Shown here: positions 51,433-64,000 of the stretch, piece by piece
Numbering within the stretch: position 1 is the stretch's first letter
Layout of the letters: each line of letters begins with the position of its first letter
From: Octopus bimaculoides
Lineage: Eukaryota
Assembly: GCF_001194135.2 (NCBI RefSeq)
Contig: NC_068981.1
Location: 70,352,618 to 70,416,617, forward strand
Direction: 5' to 3'
Length of the DNA stretch: 64,000 nt
The notes under the pieces: generated by a model
Seen by the model: only the letters and a program-made list of their open reading frames with translations
Told to the model about the DNA's origin: nothing
The model's database searches: none
Position numbers and translations under genes: made by a program

Positions 51433-51743
51433 CAGTTCTATATTTAAGAGATGAAGAATTTACATTATTTACATTTGACGGATATTTGTTCTCATCTTGT
51501 TTGTTGTTAACACAACGTTTCGATTGATATACCCTTCAGTCTTCAACAGGTGTCTTGGGGAAATTTCGAACCTGGTTTCTCATTCCTAAAGTATAACATT
51601 GAAAAATACCTTGGGAATGAGTACCCAGGTTCGAAATTTCCCCAAGACACCTGATGAAGGCTGGAGGGTATATCAATCGAAACGTTGTGTTAACAACAAA
51701 CAAGATGACGACAAATATCCGTCAAATGTAAATAATGTAAGTA
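51433..51743. mobile_element. 311-bp foldback insertion made of two inverted Penelope-type terminal-repeat segments; 12-bp TSD
   Basis: TSD ATGAATACAATG at 51421-32 and 51744-55; removing the insert restores the RTE frame. Arms 51460-51594 and 51606-51740 are 126/135 identical. Confidence 0.9.
51646..51691 (+). ncRNA. Minimal type I hammerhead ribozyme motif (Penelope-type)
   Basis: GACAC-CUGAUGA-A-GGCUG(N10)CAAUC-GAAA-C-GUU-GUGUU. Stem I is GACAC/GUGUU, stem III is the palindromic ACGU, and stem II has one mismatch. Confidence 0.7.
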
Positions 51744-52891
51744 ATGAATACAATGTTTCATCTAAAGAATAATTATAAAACGACATGAATGCACCCGGAT
51801 TCTAAGAAATGGCATCTTATAGATTACATCCTCACCAGGAAACGAGATGCTAAGGACTTTGCTATGGTACGAGTGATCCGTGGTACAGAGTGCTGGACTG
51901 AGTATCGGCTGTTGCGTGCCAAGGTGATTTTTGTTGTCAAGCCTAAGGTTAGAGCAAATAATGTCAACTTACCTAAACGGATTGATGTCAATAAACTTAA
52001 TATTCCATCAGTACGCAGTGAGTTTGTGAGTGAGATAAATAATTTGTCCTGTGATGGAAGTTTGAAGCCATTCAAAGAAAGAGTATACGAGGTTTGTAGC
52101 AACATTCATGGCTTTGTTGTAAAAAAAACAAGATTGGTTTGACGATAATGAGGTCGCAGTTAGTCTTATCTTAGAGGAAAAGCGAAAGGTATTTAACATG
52201 TTGCAAAATGTTGACATGTCAGTGAACAGGACAGTGGCTACATATTTGCAGGCAGTGGAAGCAACAGTGCAGAGGAAGCTACGGATGATGCAGGAAAATT
52301 GGTGGATTGATAGATGCGATGAAATCCAAGAAGCTTCAAATGCTAACGATTACAAACTTGTTTATTCTCCCTTGGAAACTGTTTATGCACCAGTTTCATC
52401 AAAGGTTGCGACGCTTCGGAGCAAGGATGGACCAGAATTGTTGTTGGGAGATAGAAAGAACATTTTGATGAGTTGCTCAATAGATCCACTGAAGTAGACC
52501 TCTCTTTTCCTGATAATATATCCGAGAGACCAATAAAACATCTTATAGCAGAAGTTCCACACCTGGCTGAAATAAAAACAGCAATCAGGAAATTGAACAA
52601 TGTAAAGGCCCCTGGTATGGATGCATTAGATACAGATATATAAATATGGTAGTGATCATCTCTGTACAATGTTGACGGATGTGATTCAGAGGGTTTAACA
52701 TAGTGGAGAGTTTCCTCCCGATTGGCATGATGCAACTATGGAGATACTATATAAATTTCAAAGTTGGAAAGGTAGTCTGTGATAATTATTGCGGCATCTG
52801 TATGTTAGCTGTTCCTGGAATGGTCTTTTGTTGGATAATGCTGGACATACTGTTTCTGCGCATTTCTGATGAGGCTCTACTAGAAATCTGT

Positions 52892-53056
52892 GGGCGTGGA
52901 ATTGTTACATCGAACCCAGTGCTTCACCGGTACTTAATTTATCGACCCCGAATTGATGAAAATCTGACTTCGGTGAAATTTGAATTAAGAACGTCGCGAC
53001 GGGCGAAAGAACGCTAAACATTTCGTCCAGCGCGCTAACGGTTCTGCCAGCTCGCT
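52892..53056 (-). mobile_element. SINE family B
   Basis: The reverse complement GCGAGCTGGCAGAACCGTTAGC..GAAATGTTTAGC..TTCAAATTTCACCGAAGTC..GGGGTCGATAAATTAAGTACC matches 45541-45960. Confidence 0.8.
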
Positions 53057-53104
53057 ACATTAATAACAGTAATAATGATAATAATAACAATTTGTTCGAC
53101 AACA

Positions 53105-53262
53105 TTTTTTCTACTCGAAGCAAAAGGCCAGGAATTTGGGGAGGATGAATTTAGTCAATTATATCGACTTCAGTGCTTGACTGATTCTTTGTTTATAGTC
53201 CACGAAAAGACGAATGCTAAACTCAACCTCAGTGGCATTTGAAATGAGGACATAAAGAACAG
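53105..53262 (-). mobile_element. SINE family B, 3' part, degenerate
   Basis: The reverse complement TCAAATGCCACTGAGGTTGAGTTTAGC..AAGCACTGAAGTCGATATAA..TGGCCTTTTGC resembles family B. Confidence 0.6.
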
Positions 53263-54824
53263 GTATAGATGCCACGGTATGCGTGGTAATGTTTCTGTTA
53301 TTTCGCTGCTTTAGAACATTATGATTTAACGTTTAAGTTAAAGAAACAGTCTACCATACTTCTTATCATCGTTTTACTTTAATTTTTTTTTTTTTTGTAG
53401 TCTCACACTTGAGGAAATCTCGAATATTAATAGGTGACCCAATTGTGATATGACTACTGAAACATTTCTATCGAAATTGTTGCACTGTCTTTCTCACTCA
53501 GCCACTCCGGATTGTTTTAATAATTCATGAGAGAATGACACATTTTAAATTTTCTTTTATAGCCTCGAACACTGATTAAACATCTATGACAAGACAGTAT
53601 TGATGTTTCACAGAAGATCAAGCACAAACACACATTCACACAACAAGTAGCATACACTCACACATAGACACGGGTGCCCACATGCGCACAAACACATACA
53701 CATTAATATTTATGCATAAGTAGATCTATACATATAAACCCACAAATGTATGGATACAAAGAGTTACATACTGACATTTCGATATATTCATATGCCAAGT
53801 TTATAGATTTTCATCAAATTATAATAGTTGTCACTCTCACTACTACTGAATAAAATCATAGATAAAACAACACATATGTTATTGAAAACACTGTTACCAT
53901 CGAATTGTAAAATTTGTTCATTCAAATGTTCAATTATCCATATCTCACACTCTAACAGCGCACAATAAAATGTCTCGCTTGGATGAGGGCTCTCTATGAT
54001 GCCGAAAAGCTTAGGCTGTCCGTCCTTCAAATTTCTCTACGGTATAATATTTCATAGCCTTCTCCACAAATCAGACAATTTGTTCGAAATATAAAACATT
54101 GCACAATCATTTAATAAAAAGGCAAAAAGTAATTCATATAATGCTCTCGACTATCCTTATATACATGCAAACAAACTTGAATATACGTAGATGCATACAT
54201 ACACACACTCACACATACATACATACATACATACATACGTACATACATGCATTTATGCATGCATACATACATACATAGATACATACATACATTTATACAT
54301 ACTTACATACACACATAAATACATACATACATACAAACATACATATATGTACGTATGACCAAAAGAGCTAGGCTCAAATTGTTTACAAAACTGTAAATCA
54401 GTCGGTACTAATAATAAATTATAACTGATATAGTAATGGAATTGAGCCAAATAGAAGTGTTCGTATTTGATGGTTGAACATGTAGAATTAGTCGCCCAAA
54501 CCCAGAACTTGTGCCTCCGCGGCATTTCTATATCTCCTGTTCTACAGAAATAATGCTATAAATACCAAGGGCTTATTGAAAATATATACGAAGGTGCAGT
54601 GAGAAAAGGTACTGTGCTTCCAAAATATAATCAAACTTACAAATGTATGGTGGCCGGAGCTCTCTTTTTACAGCAAGACAATATCCTGCAATACATTTGC
54701 AGTACCTCTACAGATACTTGGCTGGTCTGTAGAGGGAATTCAGGAAAAAAAAAACCCACTAAAATCTACACGGCGGTCTCGACATCAACTGTAACCTTCC
54801 ATAGACACTGATATCGACAGGTTG

Positions 54825-55060
54825 TCTTTTGCCGAACCGCTAAGTTACAGGGACGTAAACACAGACAAACACAGACACACAAACTTATACACACACACAT
54901 ACACACACACATATATATACATATATACGACGGGCATCTTTCAGCTTCCGTCTATCAAATCCACTCAAAAGGCTTTGGTTGGCTCGAGGCTATAGTAGAA
55001 GACACTTGTCCAAGGTGCCACGCAGTGGGACTGAACCCGGAACCATGTGGTTCGTGAGCA
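54825..55060 (-). mobile_element. SINE family A, partial, with internal deletion
   Basis: Colinear with 33765-34050; about 40 bp is missing between two AAACAC repeats. Confidence 0.85.
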
Positions 55061-55074
55061 ATCTACAGGCATAC

Positions 55075-56045
55075 TTCTTAATGCAATTACAACTACTGTG
55101 ATACATTTTACCAGCACTTTCCATAGTCTCTCTAATTCAATGGCTAGGTCCTGGTATTTTGCTATTTTTTTTATATACGTCGCATATTAATATTTTCATC
55201 ATTTGGGATTGTAAAGTCAATTATCTGGCACTTTCTATTCTCTTTGTCTACTACTACTAAAGCTGGCGTTCTAGCTTGTAGTATTCTGTTAGTCTGAATG
55301 TTAAAGTCCCACAACATCTTTTATTTCTAACTCTCTAGTATTTACTAGGTTCATGTCCATACCATTTATCAGTATTATCAAATCCTAGGTTTCTACATAA
55401 CTTCCAATGGATTACTCTCCCAAGGTTCTCATGTATTTTCTTGTACTCTTTCTGTGTCAGCATACTACATTCACTTACTATATGAATATCAAATTGCTCT
55501 TTTGCTTTTCATAATCTACATTGGTAATCTACTTGGTTTTTGTAAGTCTTGGTTTTTATCTAATTAGTTCTTAATGCTTGATTTTATGCTGCTACCGACA
55601 AACTTTGTGTCTTCCTATTCAGCCTTCCTTTCTGCAAACATAACCATGTGTCACTACTGCTACTTGCTATAATTATCTTTCTGGTTTTTCAGTTCGTTTT
55701 ATTTTTATTTTGTTTAGTTTCTCTGTTTTGCTGTGAATCTTGCAGCTTTTGATAAACTTTCTTCATTATTACCTACATAGGAGTCTATATCTATTGTAGC
55801 TAACTTCACGCAGTCTTCTACTGATATTAACCCCCCTCCACCTTCCTTTCTATGGGAGTATAATCCTGATAGTCCTCCTTTTGGGTGGATTCCTCCATTC
55901 ATACTGAATTCCTTCGTAGTTCATCTTTCTAGCTTTGCTAATTCAGTTTTTGTCCAATCCTCAAAAGCTGCTGAGTATCTAAGTAATCATACTGCCCAAG
56001 TATTTACAACCTTCACTAGATTCTGACCAGTTAGCTTTGATTTCA
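55075..56045 (-). mobile_element. R4/Dong-like LINE, 3' half (RT C-terminus, CCHC, REL), decayed
   Basis: KSKLTGQNLVK.VNTWAV, IHPK...RKEGGGGLISVEDCV, QALRTN, HENLGRVIHWKLC, LWDFNIQT, IIDFTIP and KYQDLAIELERLW. Confidence 0.82.
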
Positions 56046-56099
56046 TTAGCTTCCTTAACCTTCGAATGTACTCCTCCTCAATTTTCCTTTTCATTTCTA

Positions 56100-56144
56100 T
56101 AGTTAGTACTATTATTATTATTAGTTCTTTATTATTATTAGTAG

Positions 56145-56185
<41 letters not shown>

Positions 56186-57180
56186 TTCAGTAGTCTTATT
56201 TTTATAACGTGGTTTCACTGCGCTACCGAGCGCAGCTCTCTGGGCCTTAGGTATGCGCTGTGGTTTGCTGTGATGCTCTTATGGTTACTGTATTGAAAGT
56301 GTTTTACGTAGGATGTGTGAAGTGCCTAGTAGTGCTACTTTGTGCATGTTATATATATTTGTTAGTCCTGGTATTTTTGTTATGAATTTGTCTGAATATT
56401 TGTTTCATCATACCCAATGCGCCCACTATGATAGGAATTGTTTCTGTCTTTAGATTCCACATTCGAGTTACCACTATTTCCACGTAATTGTATTTTGAAA
56501 GAGTCTCCATCTTTTTAGAGAAACGTTGTTATCTGTTGGTATTGATACATCAATTAGAAAGCATTTTTTTCCTTCATGATCTCTGACAACTATATCTGGC
56601 CTATTGACCTTAAGTTCTCTATCTGTGTGTATTGGTTGCTTTCTCGTTTTCTGTGACCTTTTCTGACGTGTGCCTATACCATCTTTTTTCTGTTGTTATT
56701 CCATAGTGTTGGCATAGCTTCCAGCGTATGTAGGTCCCAACTCTGTTGTGTCTCTGAATATATACCTTCTTAGCCAGGACTGGGCAACCAGAGACAATAT
56801 GATTTATTGTTTCTTGTCCATCTGTACATATTCTGTAGTTACCTGTTATGTTTCTTTTCATTACATGTCTTTGGTAATTTCTGGTGGTCTTTGGTCTTGT
56901 GATACAATTAAAAATCCTTCAGTCTCCGCTTTGAGTCCTGAGCTTCTCAGCTATTGCTGGGATTTTGCTTTCTCTATTTCTTTTGCGTTTAGTCTAGCCC
57001 AGTATTTGCCCTGAAGGGGCTTTTCTTGCCATAGTTTTATCATGATCCGTTGCTGTTCTAGCTTTAGTTTGAATTTCAGTTGCTTTACAGTTTTTGTTGT
57101 TTCTTCTTTTTCTTCATTGCTGTTAGGTACTATGAATGCTTGTTTTAATTCATCAGCTTCCTCAAAGACTGAAAACATTT
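56100..57180 (-). mobile_element. Second R4/Dong-like LINE, 5'-truncated, with 3' UTR and (TAA)n tail
   Basis: ETINHIVSGCPVLA...RHNRV..WKLC (CCHC region), LIDVSIP, TRMWNLKTETIPIIVGALG, then the UTR and (TAA)n at about 56100-56185. Confidence 0.85.
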
Positions 57181-57217
57181 TATTTTATTCCAATTTTGTG
57201 GCTATTTTTATTAGTTT

Positions 57218-57219
<2 letters not shown>

Positions 57220-57287
<68 letters not shown>

Positions 57288-57317
57288 TACTATTACTATT
57301 ATTATTATTATTATTAT
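57220..57317. repeat. (ATT)n microsatellite
   Basis: Direct inspection; it lies just beyond the truncated 5' end of the LINE above. Confidence 0.95.
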
Positions 57318-58009
57318 GGTTGTTATTTTTGTTGCTGCTGTTGCTGTTGTCGTTGCACAATAAGAAATGTGACATAAGATTTATAATAAATGGAAATAGA
57401 TTCTGTTTATTGAATTGAACATTATGTCAACAGTGTAACTGCCTTCTTCGGGAGCAAAATGAAAAATGCAAAATATGCAGAATTACAGAAATTAAAAATT
57501 TCACCCAGAATATCCTGCGTTCTTTTTTTAGACAAAATAACATTGTTTATTTTCCATAACTGGTAACAAAAACAAAAAAAAAGAGAATGAGAAGAAAGAA
57601 TAAAACTAGAGAAAGCGCGATAAAGAACACAGTGAAAAACGTTTCAGCAATTGTGATGGAATTCTCCTGCAATTTTGTTCATTTCTGCAGGTCCTGACGT
57701 TAGTAATTCACAAATATGTTTATCGTCACTGGTTTAAAGGCTAAAAGTGCACTTACAAGTGTTCCTCAAGTTTACAGCTGCTTGATGTAGACTGTTTGGT
57801 TTTTTTAAGTTAATGTACCTAACGTCATATCTCTGCACATTGAACCTTTTATTAAATTTTCCATTTGTGCAACCAACATGAATCAACTTGATTTTAATAC
57901 ATTCCGCAACGTACACCATATAAAAATCCTTACAGGTCCCACCTTCTTTATAAATCATAACATTTCTGTTACAATTTGTGATGCATTTGACTTAGCTCAT
58001 GTAGTTGCG

Positions 58010-58987
58010 CAATGAAGAGGGCTTACCGCTGTTGCAGCGTTTTTCGTGGTAAAGCGTTCGGAAACACCAATGGAATTTTTATTTGGAACAGAAGGCAAGA
58101 AATAGTTTTATTGCATCTATCTATTACACATGTGGGAAATTCTGTATTTTTTTATCCAATTTTGATGAAACTTGACACACGAGTAGAACTCATGTCTGGA
58201 AACCTTATAGTATACTAAGATTGTTGAAAAAATCGATAATACGGACCCTGGAAGGGATCCTTAAATATATCTAATATATTTCATTTTAACACCCAAGATA
58301 CATAACCAATTCTCCCAGATTTTAACAGCCAAGGGAAATAACGCATTCATTTTCCTAAATCATTTGGTATAAATCAAATTAAGTATTCTTATTTCTTAGT
58401 ACTTGAACTGTTAGAGCTATTTTAGCAATTTATCCGGTACAACTCTTAAACTAGTAAATAGTATTTTCCTAAACAATAGATCCACTTATTTCGGTTAGTG
58501 ACTTATTCACGAATATACCAACACTAGAGCCGCTGAGGGTAATATTCTCTGGGAACGCACAAAGACCCTTTTTAGAGTTATTTACTTTGAATTGTTATTA
58601 TTTCATATCTGATTAGCCTGTTATTGCGTAATATGCTTCACGATTTTAGTATACATAACTTATTGTTATTTCCTCTTAAATTCTATATACTCTGGAAACG
58701 CATTAAAGCCTTTTTCGGGGCTACTTCATTTCAATTCTTACTATCGGGCAACTAATTTCATGTTATTATATAAGTGACTTCACAATTTAGGTATTCATAA
58801 TTTATTGGGAATTCTTAAAAAACAAGATCCTGTGTAAGACAGTTTGGTATTCTCTGTAAATGCACAAAAACCGTTTTAAGGGCTACATAATTTGCATAGT
58901 TGTTTTGGGGTTAGCGAAAAAAAATATGAGAACGGAACCAAGGGATAAGCCCCGCTTTCCCTGGAATTACTGGGTACGACACCTAGT
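58010..58987 (+). mobile_element. Possible Helitron/Helentron-related non-autonomous element
   Basis: Core CCAATTTTGATGAAACTTGACACAC. The 3' end has a weak hairpin followed by CTAGT (58959-58987). Confidence 0.3.
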
Positions 58988-59259
58988 AGGATAAAATAAG
59001 CGAACGCGGAAATGAGGATTTAACAAAAATATATGTTGGTATCCTTCATGCAATATTTTTGAAATGCTATAAAAATTTCGATGTCAGTTAACCACTGAAG
59101 GAATTTGGTCATGAAATTCACCATGTCTGCTAAAAATTTGGCGTAATATTTGACTCTCGTTGCAAAGTTTAGTTATTCCATTTCGTAATTTCATTTAATC
59201 AAAGGTTTCTAATAACCCCTATCTCAGGCCAAATCTCTTTTATCTTCAGAAACTGGGAT

Positions 59260-59640
59260 TCCCTGAAGACGTATGTGATTGTTCATGAATTATTATTTTC
59301 AGTGACATGTTTGCTCTGACAGATGTTATATCAGCTCTATATCAAATGAGCCGATGCGACCCGATATCCTTAGCGTCAGTCTTACTCCTTTAACATTTTA
59401 ACACCCTCCTTAGAATTCTTGCTGTTCCTAACAGGGTTTTTTTCTGCAACATTCCCGCTCTGGTGGTAATTCCCACTCTCTCATGCCAAGCATCCATCTT
59501 TTTCTAACTGGTTTCAGTGCGACAACCACAATCGGAACCACTTCTCCGTGCCCGATTCTCCATAGTTCCCTCATTCCCCACTTCAGCTTCTGATATTTCT
59601 CCACTTTCCTTCTAAGTTACCCTGTGTCAATACCCATACT
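59260..59640 (-). mobile_element. 3' end of a third R4-like REL LINE
   Basis: KYQKLK..MRELWRI..VVPIVVVAL...LLGTARILRRVL, followed by a UTR and a short AATAAT. Confidence 0.7.
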
Positions 59641-61589
59641 AATTGTTTTATTTTTCTTTTCTGATACCAGAGTAGGGAATATTGAAAACCTATAAAAACA
59701 ATACGGCCACGTTAGTAAGATTGTAACGGATCTCCTATCCACATTAGAAGTTGAGGATTTTGGAGTTGTACCTTAACTCCTTCTACACACTTTCACTCGC
59801 CCCGGAATTTGCTGAATGAAAACTCCAACAGTTACAATTGATATAAATATATTATTATGCATTTCTACTTCATGAATAAAGCATAAGTATCTGCAAGTGA
59901 CAATATCTGACTTGAGAATCTATTAAATCTATTAAAGTAAAATAAAACAGTACAAAGAGTAAATATAGATAAAGCGATTTGATAGAAAAGGAAAGTATGG
60001 TTTCTTTTTCTTTCTTACAATGAAATTTAGCTACACAAAAAGAAAATCCAGCCCCGAACTGGAATACGCAGGGTATATAGTATAAGAATACAAACATGAC
60101 TAGTGATAATAGATGGATTGCAAATGGTAAAGGGGTAAATTATTTTTAAAATTAAAATCATACCCGCGTCTGTAACATTATGCAAAGTCTAAAATTATTT
60201 TTAGACAGAACACACACTTTTATGCACACACTATTATACCAGTAACAAAAGCCAAACATAAGGAAAAAGAAAATTAGTTTCCCAATACGATAATGCAGCA
60301 CACAGAGAATGAATGCACTACATTTCCAATTCACAGAAGACAAATTGAACCCAACAAATAAATGGGATACTAAATTAATACAAGGCAAAATGAAACATAC
60401 AACACGGCAACGGTAAATTTTATATAATAAGCCATCACCCTACCACACGAATAAAAGACAATGCATTATATACATCAAATACACAGTGACGGTATAAACA
60501 TATCTTTCGATCATACGTGCGTGGTATTTGTGGATGCGTTCGCTATTGTGTTCGTGGGTGCGGTGGAAACAGTTGCAGTCATGTTGATCTTGCATGCGGG
60601 TTGGGGAAAGAAATTTCTGCCTTCGTGGTGACTTCAGGAATTAATTGTAGGCGGTTATTTTTTTTTTATATTTCTCTCTTCTTCATTGCACAAAGCCAGA
60701 AATTTTTGTGGCACTGTAGTTATTCGTAGTGTTGTAGTTATCTGTTCTATTGTTATTACTTCTACATTTATTGCCCAACATTTTGCTGGCAACTGTTATG
60801 AATTTTATTAAATACGATGTCATTTTCATCGCTTTGACTTTTTGCTGTTATTAATATTTTTGTTTGCACCTCCTCCCTATCGCTCTTCATGTTTTTAGCT
60901 TTGACTTTCAATACATTTTTCACATCCCCCTTCATTGCATTATCAATCTTCGTCTTCTTGATGTTATGTTGTTTGTGTTATGGATGTTGATTTAGTCTCT
61001 GCTCCTAGTATTATTCCTAGTTTCATACATTATATTGCAGCAGAGTATCACTGTGAACGTTGACTTAATTCATTAATACTACTAACACGTTTTCTCCAAT
61101 ACCTGGGAATAAATATTTGTTATTATTCTCTGAAGTCAAATTTACTGAGGCGTTTGACAGTATAAACGTCAACGGTATGACCATGGCTGCTTTCTACAGC
61201 ACGACTCTTGTTTATTGTCAACAGTGGTCCTGACGTAATTGAAGATGTATTATCTGCTTGATTGCTGACGGCTGGAAAATATATTTACGACATTTTCTCA
61301 TAGTAAATTAGTTCAAAAATTCAAAAATATATATTCATAATTTTTACGTATTAATTTATGGAAACGGGGTTACAGCCAGCGAAGCTTCACAGTATATTAT
61401 CAGCATAGGTTGATTAAAAAGTAATATTGATTTCTTTATTAATCACAAGGTGTTTACATTAAGACAAAACACTAAGTACAGTACAGGGTAGAACATTGAA
61501 TGTATGCGTATGTTTGTGCGTGCGCATTGGTGTGAGCGTTTTGTGTGTAAACATGTTTAACAAATAAACCAGTAATAAGATTTTAACAA

Positions 61590-62830
61590 TGAATGTTCCT
61601 CAATAGGGATGAGACGCTCGAGGGTTGTTCATGGAACAACCCTGTAAAACCCACCGGTAGCTTTAAATCTCGGGTGGTCGAGTCTTCTCACCTCTTTAGA
61701 TCTGATTTATTGGCGTATGCTCAGATCAGGCCTGTTCACATATCTCATGCTCGCCATTTTTGTCCACCTTCAAAATATCACTGGAAGGCAACAATTCCCC
61801 CTCCACCCTTATTTTCCACATTGATGAGGGATTGGTCAAAGAGGGAAGTACTTGTCTTCAGCCCATTTAATCGCGTCCACCATACAACTTCTTTGCCCTT
61901 GACCACAAGGTACAGGAAAACTGCTTCATCTTCGTTGAGGGTGGTGGGGTGGCTTTAACGAAGGATTCAGTTGATAGACAGATCTGTCCAATACCTGACA
62001 GAAAGTGTTCGATATAGACGCACTGGTCAGCAATGCTCGTGCACTGGACCAGGGTGCTGTCGTCGTGTATATCTTGGACAAACTTAGCTGACGGCACTTC
62101 TGTACCTGCAGGGTTTATCTCGAACCAGCAAAACAACCTGGTAGTACCGTCAGGCCATGAACTTCTGGAAGTCACCCATCGGCCCTGGGCCAAAACTTCT
62201 CCGGGAGAGGAGGGCTAGTTGATCGTCTTCGATGGCCAGGCTTCCTCAAGGACCTTGTCACTCTTATATGCTACTTATCCTCTATAGAACGCTAGCTTTC
62301 CACCTACTGCAATACCTTACTTGCTGAAGTAAATTCTCTTCATCTTTGCTTGACACAGAACTACAGTTCCGTCAAAGAGACGATCTGGGAGAACGAGCGT
62401 CCAGTGAATGGTGATAACACCTACTCATCATCAAACAAGCGCTGGCGATGTCGTATCCAGAATCCATGCATGTGCATCATCAGCCATGGCATGTACAGTG
62501 GCCCACGCAGCAGATGCTGATAGTAGATGGATCACCTGACCATGGGAATGTCCCCTTTCTACATGAAGAAAATTGTATACAGTCTAATTCTTCCAAACCA
62601 GAACCGAGACAAGGCACGTTAACCACCCCTGCCCGACCTTTCAAGGACAACTTCCTCTCGGCCCATTTCTGAGTGAGAGTAAACATCTTGCTCGTTACAT
62701 CGTTGCAGTTTTTGTTTGTCTGGAAGCCCGGACCCAACAAGACTCTAAGCAGTATAAACGGTCAGTCCATCCAGCGCCCAAAATCGCAGTTGGACGGCAT
62801 GGACGTGCTTCTGCAGGTACCGAGCTGCAA
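61590..62830 (-). mobile_element. Tx1/L1-like LINE 3' fragments, decayed
   Basis: QKWAERKLSLKGRAGVVN resembles the L1/Tx1 'W..R.LSL.GR' motif; C-terminal KEVVWWTRL.GLKT segment. Confidence 0.6.
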
Positions 62831-63306
62831 GCCCACTAGGTTTTCCTTGTTTATTTTCACTCTTGATATCGCTTTGTACTACCTAAGTTCAGTGCTGATT
62901 ATCTCAGTGTGTTTGATGTTCGACACCATTACCGTAACGACTTCGGCATATGCCATAATATAAAAAATGACATTAGTGAAAGAAACAACACATTCCATAC
63001 CATGAAGAATATGTAGACTCACACAAGATATACCCCTGAGTAATAAATGAAATTAGTATTATAATGTTGACATCGAACAAAACAAAGATCTTATAATACC
63101 AACACTACAGAATCCTGCTTTAGTATAAAATATATCAAGCGAACCTCTACCTCTGAAATAGAAACAACAAAATGCCAAATCCTTATTACACGTATTTTTC
63201 ACAACAGTGAACACTGTAATAATGTCTTCAACAAGAATATAAAATCTGTGACAAAAATCTTCATGGTGTAGTATAGAAACACAGTACCACATGGACAAAA
63301 AATCGA

Positions 63307-63420
63307 GAAGAAGAAGAAGAAGAAGAAGAAGAAGAAGAAGAAGAAGAAGAAGAAGAAGAAGAAGAAGAAGAAGAAGAAGAAGAAGAAGAAGAAGAAGAAG
63401 AAGAAGAAGAAGAAGAAGAA
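63307..63420. repeat. (GAA)38 pure microsatellite
   Basis: Direct inspection; it produces the spurious poly-Arg and poly-Leu ORFs. Confidence 0.97.
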
Positions 63421-64000
63421 AATTGTTTCGCGTTAACGAAAATTTTGATATCACGGTTAAAGATAGTAAGGTATCATGCAAATCTTTTGAAGTTTTAATC
63501 TATATTAATGCGCTGTCATGCTCCAAATTATGAAACACCAACTTGTCGACTTACGTGTTGTTTAGCATGTATTACTTTATTTAAAGTACTAAATCAACGT
63601 ACTAATCCTTTTTTTTTTTTTTGAAGATTGTATCTAAATTTTCCGTCCCTCTGCGTTACAGTAATTGATGCTGCTAGCTGATGTTTCTGTTACTCTCTTT
63701 TTGTACCAATTTCTTGTAAATTACATCCCGTTCTAACTGTGAGAAGGAATTTGTTGAGAAAATGAGAGTCAAGAAACCTCCCAAGGGAAAGTAATTGTGA
63801 CATTTTCCTAGTGTCGCCTCAGAGCAGTTTTATACTTTATAAATGGAGAATATTGTTGGATTCCCCCTTTAAAATCTCCTACACATGTCACCTATGAAGG
63901 AGGTGCTTAGGGATTCTACCCCCACGATACTCTCAGAAATAGAGAGTGGAGACGGTGAATAGACATGTCACAGCTAAACTTGCTGGTCTATCTAAATACC

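Larger units (their letters stand above)
50734..52890 (+). mobile_element. RTE-clade LINE 5' portion (APE endonuclease to start of RT), interrupted at 51433-51743
   Basis: NIGCWNARTL, VALAETR, SGVG, ISAYSPT, VILGDFN, NTM..KTT.MHPDSKKWHLIDYIL and KAPGMD motifs. The frame is intact only for 50734-51432. Confidence 0.92.

Noticed and set aside
63059-63533. Poly-Leu and poly-Arg ORFs
   Set aside because: They are explained entirely by the (GAA)38 tract.

Overview
AT-rich animal genomic DNA, dense in microsatellites and retroposons, with many N-gaps, most of them flanked by (TA)n or (TG)n tracts. The SINE and LINE families resemble those I recall from Octopus; this is an inference and no database was searched. 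No host protein-coding gene, tRNA or rRNA gene, or CRISPR array can be supported, and almost all listed ORFs are microsatellite, gap or transposon artefacts. Main content: (1) a full-length ~4 kb LTR retrotransposon (15815-19860) with 284-bp LTRs differing at 3 sites, a decayed gag, and a pol with protease, RT, RNase H and integrase; (2) RTE, R4/Dong-like, other REL-endonuclease and Tx1-like LINE fragments; (3) two tRNA-derived SINE families; (4) hAT, DD37D (maT), Chapaev-like and piggyBac-type DNA transposon relics; (5) three 280-370 bp foldback elements, one carrying a Penelope-type minimal hammerhead ribozyme and a 12-bp TSD. The most striking signal is the primer-binding site of the LTR element. 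It has no TGG/CCA complement, but is a perfect 12-nt complement of nucleotides 1-12 of animal tRNA-Phe(GAA) and abuts the LTR. This suggests priming by a very short 5' tRNA fragment. The element also has a canonical -1 frameshift heptamer followed by a predicted H-type pseudoknot.
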